Shown here piece by piece: positions 24,355 through 37,067 of a stretch of DNA of 64,000 bases. The notes beneath the pieces were generated by a model, which was not told the DNA's origin, did not search any database, and was given only the letters and a program-made list of their open reading frames with translations. The first letter of the stretch is position 1; the number at the start of each line of letters is the position of its first letter. Source of the stretch: Octopus sinensis (taxonomy: Eukaryota); NCBI RefSeq assembly GCF_006345805.1, contig NC_042999.1, forward strand, positions 139,252,001 through 139,316,000, given 5' to 3'. The position numbers and the translations under genes were made by a program.

Positions 24355-26395
24355 TATAGAAAATAGTAAAAAGTGAAAAAACTACAGAAGGCTTGTTTTA
24401 AAAGGTTAAAAAATATATATTTGAGTCAATATGTCTGAAGAATATTATAAATTTTTTCCTACAATGACATAGTTTAGAAGAAATGACCGGTTTCGCGTTC
24501 AGCTTTTCAAATTTTTTACATCGTTATGTTTATGTTGAGAAGAGTTATCGTTATGTTTATGTTCTAGATAAGGGGAGGTAATAAGTGATTTCTTCCGGTG
24601 TAAGGGAGATAATCGCTTAAAATATTTTGTCTTTCCTTTGGAGTGAATTTCTCTGTATAAGTATGTTGGAATGGTTAAGTCTGGGCTTGTACTTTTCAAT
24701 GAAGAATGTTTCCTTGTTTAGTCTAATTTGTGTTGGTGTTCCGATAGCACATTGGTAAAATGGAAAGATTAAAAGTTGTGGTAGTAGTTGCTTTGCGCAT
24801 TTCCCAATGTGCTCACTAAAAGGTATCATTCTGTATTCTGGGAATGCAATCTGTTGTCGATGCAGTATGCATCTACGTCTGAGTGATAGTCCCGTGGATC
24901 CCACGTAGTCTTGGTGGCAGCCCGAGCATTTTATGACATAAATTATGTTTTCAGAGGCACAAGTAAAATTAGATTTGATCTTGAATTTCTGTCCCTCTTT
25001 GAAGAGGAATTCTGATCCTTCTAGCAGGTTTGGACATGTTGCACAGTTCGGTCTACCACATTTTTTTACTTTTGCATCCGTAATTTCAGAAAACAATTTT
25101 GCCTTTGTGAGAATCTTTTTAAGTGATTTAGGTTGTTTGTAGCTTTTAATGATTTGGTGTATGTTTAAAATTTCCTTTAATTTGGGGTCCTTATGAAGTA
25201 TTGGTAAATTCTGGGTGATGATGGTGAAGGCTTCTTTGTTTCTGGGGTTGTATGTGGATATGTAAGGTAGTATTTTCGGGGAAGGTGTGTTGTTGTGTTG
25301 AACTTTTCTTAAAGTTTCTATGTTGATTTCTGTTGCACGTCTGATCCCATCCTCTATGAGTTGAGCTGGGTAATGTCTGTCAATTAGGGTGTTTTTGAGT
25401 TATTGTAGTCTAAAGTTCCTGGTATTTTGTTCTGACACTATTGTGCATATCCTTCTTGCAAGGTTGAAGGGGATGTTTGTTTTAGTGTGTCTTGGGTGGC
25501 ATGAATTAAAAAGAAGGTATTGTTTGGCGTCTGTGGCTTTGTAAAACATGTCTGTTTCTATTTTAAGGTAAATTTTTTTAATTAGTATGTCCAAGAATGG
25601 GAGCTCCTTTTGGTTGTATTCCATTGTGAACTGTATATTTGGGTTTATGCTGTTCAATAGGTTTTTATATTTTAGGAGTTTATCTGTGTTTTCATTCCAG
25701 AGTATAAAACAATCGTCTAAGAATCGTTTCCAATTCTCTTTTATGTATTGAGAGAGGGGGTTTCCAAAGATTGATAAAGATTCCTAGTAAATGATTATTT
25801 CCAGGTAGCCCATTGTTAGGTTCGCAATGGCTGGTGCTGCCCCTGTACCCATAGCAATTCCGGATTTTTGACGGTAAAATGTATTGTCAAACATGAAGTG
25901 GTTATTATGTAGGATGAATTCAATTGATTTAGTAATGAATTCTTTACTAATCCTTTTTGGTATTTCTTCCGGAAATTGGTCCAGCCAGAACTGTATTGCC
26001 TCTAGTCCATAATTATGAGATATACTGGTATATAAGTTAACTACATCAAATGAAACCATGATTGTTTCTTCCTTGGCTTTTTTTGGAAGGTGGTTTAACA
26101 TATCTAAGTCATCTCTGATATGGCTATCGATATGTTTAAGGAAGGGTTTCAGGAGGATGTCCATAAATAGACTTAGTCTGTGTGTTTCACAGGTTGGGCC
26201 AGCTACAATAGGTCGTAGTTTTAGGTCCCCCGGGTTAGGTGTGTGTATGTATGTCTTTGGTGATTTTTTAATGGTTTCATTTATAATTTGGCTTTTATGA
26301 ATTTTTGGCAGACCATAAAAAAGGCTAGGTTTGCATTTAAAGTTTGTTAGAAATTCAATCTCTTTGACTGTTAGTTCCTTTTCATGGGTTTTAAT
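24355..26395 (-). mobile_element. Penelope-like element, 5'-truncated (left arm of palindrome)
   Basis: RT fragments (GIAMGT, RFLDDCF) and a GIY-YIG domain (IIYVIKC...DYVGST) with CxxC motifs. Confidence 0.95.
24478..24517 (-). ncRNA. Hammerhead ribozyme motif, U3-A8 core (one stem-I mismatch)
   Basis: AAAAAAT-TTGAAAA-GC-TGAAC-GC-GAAA-CCGG-TC-ATTTCTT on the minus strand. Confidence 0.6.
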
Positions 26396-28345
26396 TCATA
26401 AAAGCCAAATTTTAAATGAAACCATTAAAAAATCACCAAGGACATACATACACACACCTAACCCGGGGGACCTAAAACTACGACCTATTGTAGCTGGCCC
26501 AACCTGTGAAACACACAGACTAAGTCTATTTATGGACATCCTCCTGAAACCCTTCCTTAAACATATCGATAGCCATATCAGAGATGACTTAGATATGTTA
26601 AACCACCTTCCAAAAAAAGCCAAGGAAGAAACAATCACGTTTTCATTTGATGTAGTTAAATTATATACCAGTATACCTCATAATTATAGACTGGAGGCAA
26701 TACAGTTCTGGCTGGACCAATTTCCGGAAGAAATGCCAAAAAGGATCAGTAAAGAATTCATTACTAAATCAATTGAATTCATCCTGCATAATAACCACTT
26801 CATGTTTGACAATACATTTTACCGTCAAAAATTCGGAATTGCTATGGGTACAAGGGCAGCACCAGTCATCGCGAACCTAACAATGGGCTACCTGGAAATA
26901 ATCATTTACCAGGAATCTTTATCAATCTTTGGAAACCCCCTCTCTCAATACATAAAAGAGAATTGGAAACGATTCCTGGACGATTGTTTTATACTCTGGA
27001 ATGAAAACATAGATAAACTCCTAAAATATAAAAACCTATTGAACAGCATAAACCCAAATATACAGTTCACAATGGAATACAACCAAAAGGAGCTCCCATT
27101 CTTGGACATGCTAATTAAAAAAATTAACCTTAAAATAGAAACAGACATGTTTTACAAAGCCACAGACGCCAAACAATACCTTCTTTTTAATTCATGCCAC
27201 CCAAGACACACTGAAACAAACATCCCCTTCAACCTTGCAAGAAGGATATGCACAATAGTGTCAGAACAAAATACCAGGAACTTTAGACTGCAATAACTCA
27301 AAAACACCCTAATTGACAGACATTACCCAGCTCAACTCATAGAGGATGGGATCAGACGTGCAACAGAAATCAACGTAGAAACTTTAAGAAAAGTTCAACA
27401 CAACAACACACCTTCCCCGAAAATACTACCTTACATATCCACATACAACCCCAGAAACAAAGAAGCCTTCACCATCATCACCCAGAATTTACCAATACTT
27501 CATAAGGACCCCAAATTAAAGGAAATTTTAAACATACACCAAATCATTAAAAGCTACAAACAACCTAAATCACTTAAAAAGATTCTCACAAAGGCAAAAT
27601 TGTTTTCTGAAATTACGGATGCAAAAGTAAAAAAATGTGGTAGACCGAACTGTGCAACATGTCCAAACCTGCTAGAAGGATCAGAATTCCTCTTCAAAGA
27701 GGGACAGAAATTCAAGATCAAATCTAATTTTACTTGTGCCTCTGAAAACATAATTTATGTCATAAAATGCTCGGGCTGCCACCAAGACTACGTGGGATCC
27801 ACGGGACTATCACTCAGACGTAGATGCATACTGCATCGACAACAGATTGCTTTCCCAGAATACAGAATGATACCTTTTAGTGAGCACATTGAGAAATGCG
27901 CAAAGCAACTACTACCACAATTTTTAATCTTTCCATTTTACCAATGTGCTATCGGAACACCAACACAAATTAGACTAAACAAGGAAACATTCTTCATTGA
28001 AAAGTACAAGCCCAGACTTAACCATTCCAACATACTTATACAGAGAAATTCACTCCAAAGGAAAGATAAAAAAAGTTTAAGCGATTATCTCCCTTACACC
28101 GGAAGAAATCACTTATTACCTCCCCTTATCTCGAACTCTTCTCAACATAAACTTAACGATAACTCTTCTCAACATAAACATAACGATGTAAGAAATTTGA
28201 AAAGCTGAACGCGAAACCGGTCATTTCTTCTAAACTATGTCATTGTAGGAAAAAAATTATAATATTCTTCAGACATATTGACTCAAATATATATATTTTA
28301 ACCTTTTAAATCAAGCCTTCTCTAGTTTTTTCCCTTTTTACTATT
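26396..28345 (+). mobile_element. Penelope-like element, 5'-truncated (right arm of palindrome)
   Basis: ORFs 26331..27296 (RT) and 27600..28208 (GIY-YIG). Reverse-complement copy of the left arm. Confidence 0.95.
28190..28229 (+). ncRNA. Hammerhead ribozyme motif, U3-A8 core, intact fold
   Basis: AAGAAAT-TTGAAAA-GC-TGAAC-GC-GAAA-CCGG-TC-ATTTCTT. 7-bp stem I, palindromic stem III ACCGGT, GUC cleavage triplet. Confidence 0.72.
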
Positions 28346-29049
28346 ATATATATATATATATTAATGTGTGTGAGAAAAAAATAAGCTCAAGTAGAACAAT
28401 TAGAACTTTTTGAGGAGTTCATAAAGAGAGAAAATAATTTCTAATAAAAATTCTTCATATTCAGAAATATCCTTCTAGAGCAAGCTATAAGAATATGAAA
28501 ATAACAAGTGAAAAGTTCGTTATAGGTATAAAGCACCATAAACAATTGTAAAAATGGAGGACAGATGTTAAAAGATCAAAATGGGATTTAATATGCACAT
28601 ACGAACGTTTCAAAGGGCAATACAAATATGTAAGAAAAAAATATAGTAATAATTATAATTAATGTTATGTATTGTCATTCTCGTCAGTACGAAGAGTTTA
28701 AAGAAAAAAAACATTAAAAAAGGTATTAATAATAATCAAAAAGGAAAAACAAATGGGATAATAGGGAAAATTTGACCGGATATTTACAAATAACTTGTAA
28801 AAGGGAAAAATTAAGGGAAATGGAAAAGAAGGACATGTCAATCTGTATGCAAGTCTATTTATGCATAAATAGGCTTGCATATGCATTTTTATAATTGTTT
28901 ATGGTGTTTTATACCTATAACGAACTTTTCACTTCTATTTATATATATATATATATGTGTGTGAGTGTGTGTGTGTGTGTGTGAGTATACATATATATAT
29001 ATATATACATACTAGAAGAGATACCCGGCGTTGCTCGGGATTAAAATGT

Positions 29050-29215
29050 TTCACTTCCATCGGTCATGTGAATTCGGCCAAGCTGGAGTATCACCTTTAG
29101 TCGAAGAAACTGACAAGAGGATTTATTCTTGGTTAGCATAGTGCTTATTCTATCCGTGTGTTTTGCAAACGACTAAGTAATGGGGACGTAAACACAGCAA
29201 AATCGGTAGTCAAAT
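29050..29215 (+). mobile_element. SINE fragment
   Basis: GGCCAAGCTGGAGTATCACCTTTAGTCGA...GGGGACGTAAACAC. Homologues in reverse at 36640-36810 and 38715-38880. Confidence 0.65.
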
Positions 29216-29253
29216 GATGATGGGAGTACAAACACAGACACACACACACGCAT

Positions 29254-29328
<75 letters not shown>

Positions 29329-29700
29329 CGAAATTTACAACTTACCCGCTTTATAAATTCAGTGACAGCGTAACCTTCACGCAACGCCAAAATAAAGAAC
29401 TGTATTTCATCAAAAAATTTAGACCAAGTTTGAACACCCTGGGCCAGGAATATTAAAACAAAAGATTGGTCCTCCGAAAAGGAGAAGCGAAATTCTACCA
29501 CGGCCGCTGCCTTAAACAGTCACTCACACTAACAGAGATATGTCTTAGGGAAAGAAAAAAATTTATAAAAAGATCTCTACGAGCAGATCTAATCCTGATT
29601 CGTCAAGAAACTGATGACGTATTACCTCAGTGGGCAAGCTATTGTCACCCTGCTTGGTCGGTTTCCACATACGATACAGATAAGGGTCAGACCCGATTCT

Positions 29701-29868
29701 GATTGGTCAAAACATTGATGACGTCTCGTTCTGCTGGACTAGCCACCTAACGGGATGATTGGTCAAAACATTGATGACGTCCCGTTCTGCTGGACTAGCC
29801 ACCTAACGAGATGATTGGTCAAAACATTGATGACGTCTCGTTCCGCTGGACTAGCCACCTAACAGGAT
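29701..29868 (+). repeat. 3 x 56-bp tandem repeat
   Basis: Units start at 29701, 29757 and 29813 (GATTGGTCAAAACATTGATGACGTC...). Confidence 0.92.
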
Positions 29869-30466
29869 ACAGTCATGGATCAGATCTAATTTCAATCCGT
29901 CAAAAACAAGGATGACATATTTCTTCCGTGGCCAAACTGTCGTTCTGCTTGGTTGGTTTCCTAACAGGATATATTCGTTGAGACTGAGTTTTGATTGGTT
30001 GGGAACTATATGAAGTCAGTGAAAAATGCAAGTGAGACAGCTAAGCTGAGTTGATATAAAACCCAAACAATTCACAAAATTCACCAAAACTATACGAACA
30101 GACACCAACCAAAAGTCATTACAGTTGCTCCCATTGGAACACAAGGTAAAATCTAAAATGAATTCCTCGCTTTTTCAAGAACATGAATTTTTTATATTGA
30201 ATGCATATCACCACTACGAACTACTACATCATACTCTTTAAACATATAGCATGGACTCGCTTTACTATATATGAATTTTTTATGTCTGACTCTATTGAAT
30301 ATTATATATGAATTTTTTTATATTTGATAGCATGAACTATCTTTTTTATATATAATTTTTTTTTATAAGGTTCGTCATTTCAAGAACCGAAACATGTTAA
30401 ATAAATAATGTATATATAAAAATTAAAATTTGTCTAATATAGCAGCATTTTCAAACTTCATTTTTT

Positions 30467-30544
<78 letters not shown>

Positions 30545-30549
<5 letters not shown>

Positions 30550-30745
30550 CGGAGATGTACTTGCATAGCGAGTGACTTGATCTGAGATCGTGTGCTGGAA
30601 CGAAAACAATTGCAGCGTGGACGGTGTTTATAAGCCATTTAAGAAACACACAAAATCGTTAGATTCACTTCAACATTTAAATTTAATTTGTCAAAATATT
30701 TTCGTCGCATTGAGACCGCGACCTGTTCACTGACAAAACTTCGTG
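30545..30745. mobile_element. Non-autonomous repeat carrying a G3-C8 hammerhead (same family as 38340-38695)
   Basis: About 200 bp near-identical to 38340-38540. Confidence 0.75.
30687..30737 (-). ncRNA. Hammerhead ribozyme motif, G3-C8 core, intact fold
   Basis: TTTGTCA-GTGAACA-G-GTCGC-GGTCTCAAT-GCGAC-GAAA-ATAT-T-T-TGACAAA on the minus strand. 7-bp stem I, 5-bp stem II, palindromic stem III AATATT. Confidence 0.68.
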
Positions 30746-31319
30746 GCATATATATATATATGTATGTATGTATATATACATGTATAAATATATGTATGTA
30801 AGTATATATATATGTATATTTATGTATTTCGTTTTGGGATTTGGTTTGCAAGATTCTTTATATGAGTTCGTGTGTTGAAGCATATTCTGTTGTGTCTGGG
30901 GAGAGTCATTTTCTTTTTGTGCACACTCAGCGGTAAAATTTCCACTTTTTTTCTGATGTTTATTTTCCTAAAATTTTCGTTGCGTCTTGTAAATAACGGA
31001 CAGAGTCAAAACTATTGAAAAGATTGCAAGACGCAACGAAAATGTTAGGAAAATAAAAATAAGAAAAAAAGTGGAAATTTTACCGGTGAGTGTGTTACAT
31101 TATAAGGCACAAAAAGAAAATGACTCTCCCCAGATACAACAGAATATATTTATGTATATATACATGTATATGCATGACAGTAGTATATTGAATGGTGAGC
31201 TACCCCGAAAATGACCCGCTGTGGATGGTAGTAGTAACTGTTGAATTCTTGAAACATCTTTTTTGAATGTTTTGTTTACAAAATTTGCGTAGGTGTTATT
31301 CTAAACAGCAATAGTGGTA

Positions 31320-33030
31320 AAGTTGTGGAAACTTATGCGAAACCGTTAGAACATTTTTCTCTCACAACGCGAATCAAGGACCTCCAAACAAGACAGCATA
31401 TAGGATCATATACTCTCACTACATACCAAATGAAACATCACATAGTACCACAATGGAACAAATCACTCAGAGATGGAAAGTACGCCTTTCGGAATATGAT
31501 CCAAAACAACAACAAAGCAGATATATACGAAAAATGGCTCAATCGGACGCCGTTAATTCTTCCACGTAAATTCCATATCAAAGCCATTTACAGATGAACC
31601 TGAAACACAAAGATGCCTCAGGGAAAGAATGGCACTGGAAAAAATGAAAATGGAACTAGAACTTCTAAAATTGAGGGTCCAAACGAATGAAGATAAAGTA
31701 AAATCCACCGATGAAGGGAACAACCAAGAAATTCGCAAAATAACCCAAGGCCCCGATGAAGAGAAGATCTCCAAAGTATGGAAAGAGGACTGTAAAAAAG
31801 AAAAACTGAAATCTCTCCAACGCTGGGAGAAAAGCGCCACTTGGTTCTCAAACTATGAAACCATCTTTCAAACAGAGCACGCGTCCAACAACCCTTTCCT
31901 GAAAATAAGAAAATCAAAACAACACTCAAACACTGACTCACACCGGTCTTAAAATTGGAACCATCACCCCTACCAAAAAAAGAATACAGGACCTAATCCT
32001 AACTTTTTAATACAATATCGGGAATACACTAACATCAAACAGAGAAAGGATAAATCATCACCCGCAGGATAGACACTGCATCCCCCCACCATAAGGAGTT
32101 ACCAACGAAATTTTCGTTCCAACAATCTACTAAACAATCCATGCACAACAAATCAGTACCACACGCATTAATTACCAGCGACCCCTCCACCACAAAAAAA
32201 AACGCCACATCCGAATATGGTATATCGGGACGCAATACCGCTTCAAGAACCCACACCATAAATCACAACAGGGTACCCCACAACAACAAAGAACAACTAC
32301 ATAATAGCTACCGTCCCAACCACCGCAATAGAGCACCCCGCAACAATAAGGAACGACTACATAATAGCTACCGTCCCAACCACCGCAATAATTTTTTTAG
32401 ACCCAATATGCAAACACAGAGATACAAAATAGCACCAAACAGGCAGGAGGAACCAAAAGTGATAAAATTATCAATCTAACTCACAATGAACTAATAGCAA
32501 GCCAAATCAATATACTCTCCAAAGGACTCAAGTTTACACCCACCCCACAACACCCCAACTACAATGAATTCTGTAGAAACTTACGACTCGCTGATGAGCT
32601 ATACGACAAATACAATGAGGACGAATCGTTGGTACGAAATAGAAGTAACTACAACCCCTCAAAAGGTAAGAAGAAAACTCTTGATCATTTCTGTGAACAC
32701 ATCTCGAATTACCCACATCAACATATGCACAAACAAAAACACAAACCAAACTTCAGCAAAAAAGAATGGGCTGAGCTGAACAAATTAAAAGATGACAAAA
32801 CAATAACAATCAAAGAGGTTGGTAAAGGGACACGGTAATTTATATAACTTTAGTACTATACATATTAGAAGACACAACATATTATGAAAAGGCCCAACAC
32901 TACAGTCAGAAGAAAATAGTGAGACCTAAAATCCATGTTAAACCTATACAAAGAAGGGCTCACCGACAAAGAATATGACCGGCCAATTCTACGGTATTCC
33001 TAAGATACACAAATGTGAGAAATAAGTAAC
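31320..33030 (+). mobile_element. Old Penelope-like element, 5' part, degenerate
   Basis: Relics LSKGLKFTPTP, EDESLVRNRSNY, NFSKKEWAELNKLKDD and FYGIPKIHK, homologous to the N-terminal part of ORF 55596..56933. Confidence 0.8.
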
Positions 33031-33044
33031 GCATGCAAGATACG

Positions 33045-33509
33045 TTGATACAAAAGAGGTCTAAATGGGGCTGGAAGGGGATTAAAATTTACAGGAGGGG
33101 GTAACCTGAGGTAAGAAATTCATTGGGAGACGTTTTGGGGCCTTTTTGTGGTTGCTTTGGTGTGAAAACGGGGATTTTATTAATTTTGGGGGACACTTGG
33201 CGGTCTAGATTCGACACCTTTTGCCCGATTTCAATCAAATTTTCAACATGGCAAAGTGGAATCGGATTTGTAATTTAAGCGCGGAAATCTAATTTTTTTA
33301 TACATGGGAGAGTGATAGATAGAGAAAGATAGAGATTAAGAGAAAGTGATGGAGAGTCCGAGAGAAAGGAAGAGTAAGAGAGTGGGAAAGTGAGAGAAAA
33401 AGGAGAGAGAAACAAAGAGGGAGAATGTGACGATAAGAAACAGAAAGGAAGCAACAGAAAGTAACAACCACACCCTCACCCGCGCGTAGAGTGGGTCACC
33501 TTAAGCTAG
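33045..33509 (+). mobile_element. Non-autonomous Helitron-like element
   Basis: Ends in a GC-rich hairpin followed by CTAG|T. Confidence 0.45.
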
Positions 33510-34625
33510 TCTGCTTTATATTTGTGAAAACAGCGGACGTTGTCTCAGAAGCAGTTGTGCAGGCAAAAGTTTTTAGTAAATGTGGTCGGATTGATCTGAA
33601 AATTTGCACGCCTTAGTTAAAAGTGCTGGGGAAGGCAATTTTGAGTTTGCTCAATTGAAAGGTGTGGCCTCTAGGGCAAAAAAAGGTTCTCTTCGATCGA
33701 TTTGGGGGTGTGGAGTTCGTGTTTTTTGTGCAATTTCAATAAAACACACGACTGCATGAACCTCAGGCTCTTTTGTATCAAATGCATGCAAAATGTTTTG
33801 GAAAATTTCGCAAACAACACAAGATTTATTCAAAAAACTATTACTGGTTACTTTTTTTTTTGCGCCTGCTTAAATCTTATTGGGCGTTTGCTTCTGCCAC
33901 TTTGCATTTTTTTGCCAAATAAAAATGGTACCTGCATGTAGTGTGTGATGAGATATATTATCTATATTTTTAATCACTCAAAAATTCAGTCGATAAGTAC
34001 AAAAATATTCAAAGAGATTAGTAAATTAACTATTTTTTGTACCAATTTTGTGGAACGGGCGAAGGCGAATGTTGCTCACGTTTGGCCGCAAAGGCTTATC
34101 AATATTTTTTCTTGTGTCAAGGGCTTGCGTAGTACGTGAGCTAGCGCACGAAGGCGATTACTATTCAACAGCTATTTTGCTTTTAAGTTTTAATTAGAGC
34201 TTGATTTTTTTTATATTTTAATTCCTTCAACGTCGATACAAAAGGGATGAAAGTATATAAATGTTATTAAAACGATAAAAATAAAGATTGGGCGCTGATT
34301 CCGCAAAATTGGGTTGGGTGCGACTACGTATTGTACTCAAAAGATTGTGAGTGCAGTCATATTATACTGTTTCAGTTTTTTGTAGAGACATGATTGGTGT
34401 TTTTTTTTTCCAGCATTTCCCCGTCATTTTTGCGCTTCACATCTGCATTTGCGAGGTTTCTCCAATCACTTCTCAAAGATTGTTTAAATATTTGGCATAC
34501 TTTTTTTCATTACCAATTTTTAATAAAATTTTCGTTTTTTTCTTTTTTAATTCCTCATCTTTAAAATTTGGCCCGTGTAGACTCGAATGAAATCGGGTTA
34601 GAATACTATCATATATATATGTATA

Positions 34626-34953
34626 TGGAGCACTCCGTCGGTTACAAGGACGAGGGTTCCAGCTGATACGATCAACTGAACAGCTTGCTCGTGAAATTAA
34701 CGTGCAAATGGTTGAGCAATCCTCAGACACGTGTGCTCCCTAACGTAGTTCTCAGGGAGATTCAGCGAGACACAGAATGTGACAAGGTTGGCCCTTGGAA
34801 ATACAGGTACAACTTATTTTTACCAGCTGAGTGGATTGGAGCAACGTGAAATAAAGTGTTTTGCTCAAGGATACAACGCATCGCCGGGAATAGAACTCAT
34901 GACTTTACAATCGTGAGTCGAATGCCCTAACCACTAAGCCACGCACCTTCACA
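34626..34953 (-). mobile_element. tRNA-derived SINE, near full length
   Basis: Minus-strand head with A box TGGCTTAGTGG and B box GAGTTCTATTCC, then a TCCTTGAGCAA..CACTTTATTTCAC body. A fragment of the same family lies at 56935-57040. Confidence 0.8.
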
Positions 34954-34985
34954 CTAACACACACACACACGCACACATGTATACA

Positions 34986-35650
34986 CAGAGGGGTTGGACA
35001 AAATAATGGAAACACCTAGCATCATAGCATCATAATTTTAAAATTTCTATAAAATCGTAAAAAGCTTGCTTATTTTTATACTTTTTGAACTATTATTAGT
35101 GTTGCTTAATATGTTTTGCTAAAATTGCTGTTTCTTTTTCAGATATCGTCAGACAAAGGTAATTAAAATTCATTAAAATGACAGATCTATCGGACATTGA
35201 AAGAGGTAAAATTGTTGTAGCGTAACGAAAACAGCCGAAATGTTTGATTATCAAGAAGTACTGTCTTGAAAGTAATGGCAACCTTTGAGAAAGAGGGAAA
35301 AACCTCCTCGTCGAAACAAAACTCTGAAAGAAAACCAAAGCTTTCAGATAGGGACCGTCGGATCTTACGCGAATTCATAGAAAGGATCACAAAAGTACAG
35401 CTCCCAAAGTTACTGCAGAGCTTAATGACCACCTGGAGAACCCAGTTTCCACAAAAACTGTTCACCGGGAGCTGCACAATGGGAGGGCTGCAATCAGAAA
35501 ACCACTACTTTCAAAAAGAAACGTTGCAAAGCGTTTAGAGTGGAGAAAAAGCATGCAGAATTGTTCCCTAGAGCAGTGGAAGAATGTTATTTTCTCGGAC
35601 GAGTCATCCTTTCCCATATATCCGACTACCGGGCGAGTATACGAGTAGAG
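34986..35650 (+). mobile_element. Tc1-like transposon, 5' half
   Basis: TIR-like CAGAGGGGTTGGACAAAATAATGGAAACACC. Transposase relics KPKLSDRDRR, RKPLLSKRN and SDESSF. Confidence 0.8.
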
Positions 35651-35659
35651 ACAGCAAAA

Positions 35660-36300
35660 AGAAGTGTGTGTTGCGTTTATCTGGGTGTGCGCTGTGTTTA
35701 TCTGGAAGTGCGTGTTGCGCTTATCTGGGTAGTATGTGTATGCGTGTACATTCTGCGCATGTTGGTACTGAGTAAGCGTTTGTGTGGGTATATTATGTGG
35801 GTTGTGTGGGTATATGTGGGTATGGTTTATGTAGTTTCCGGGTGTGTGCACATGTGTGTTCTGTATTTGTGAGTGGTTTGTTTTGTTTGTATTGTTAGTG
35901 CAGTGTGTGTGTATACGTGTGGATGTGTTTGTGTGAGTGTGTCTATGTGTCTTGTATTTTTCAGGGAGGTGTGTGTGTAACACACACGGACACACATAGA
36001 ACCCCTGATAAATGCAACACACTCACACACACATACACACCTACATACACCCACACATACTCACACACACATACATATGCACACTAACACACTCATACAG
36101 TTGCTCACATTCACACACACACCACCGAGACAATTATAACAACACAAACACACTCAGAGACACACACACGCTCACACCATTCTAGCCCCTTAGACCAACC
36201 CCCAAAACCACTGAACCATGACAGACTAGCCCAGAGACAAAAAAAATCCTTTTGATTCCACATTGTTCTTCCTTCCCCCACAACCAACCTCACACGCTAT
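35660..36300. repeat. Degenerate TG-rich then CA-rich low-complexity tract
   Basis: Direct reading. Confidence 0.8.
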
Positions 36301-36526
36301 CCCTTAAAATATTTTTTTTTACTACCCACAAGGGGCTAAACACAGAGGGGACAAACAAGGACAGACAAACGGATTAAGTCGATTACATCGACCCCAGTGC
36401 GTAACTGGTACTTAAGTTATCGACCCCGAAAGGATGAAAGGCAAAGTCGACCGCAAATATTCCTTAGCTACACGCAAGACAGAAAATGTCAGACAGACAG
36501 GTCGGTTATTCCTCTCCAATTTTTTG

Positions 36527-36611
<85 letters not shown>

Positions 36612-36809
36612 ATATGTTTGTGTGTCTGTGTTTGTCCCCCCCCCCCACCATCGAGTGACAACCGATGCTGGTGTGTTTACGTCCCCGTCACATAGCGGTT
36701 CGGCAAAAAGAGATCGATAGAATAAATCCTGGGGTCGATATGCTCGACTAAAGGCGGTGCTCCAGCATGGCCGCAGTCAAATGACTGAAACAAGTAAAAG
36801 AGTAAAAGA

Positions 36810-36844
<35 letters not shown>

Positions 36845-36845
<1 letters not shown>

Positions 36846-36958
36846 CCAACGCCAGAACAACATCGATTTCTTCGTCTGCCGTAAGGCATTATTTTTACTC
36901 ACACGCCAGCTAATTTGAATTGTCTAAAGTCGAAAGACGCCCGTTGTCCTTGTCCTGC

Positions 36959-36991
<33 letters not shown>

Positions 36992-37000
36992 TACTACTAC

Positions 37001-37067
<67 letters not shown>

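Noticed and set aside
29701-29868. CRISPR-like array
   Set aside because: The units are contiguous with no unique spacers, there are no cas genes, and the context is eukaryotic.
34860-34953. tRNA gene
   Set aside because: The A and B boxes run into a SINE body and there is no complete cloverleaf.
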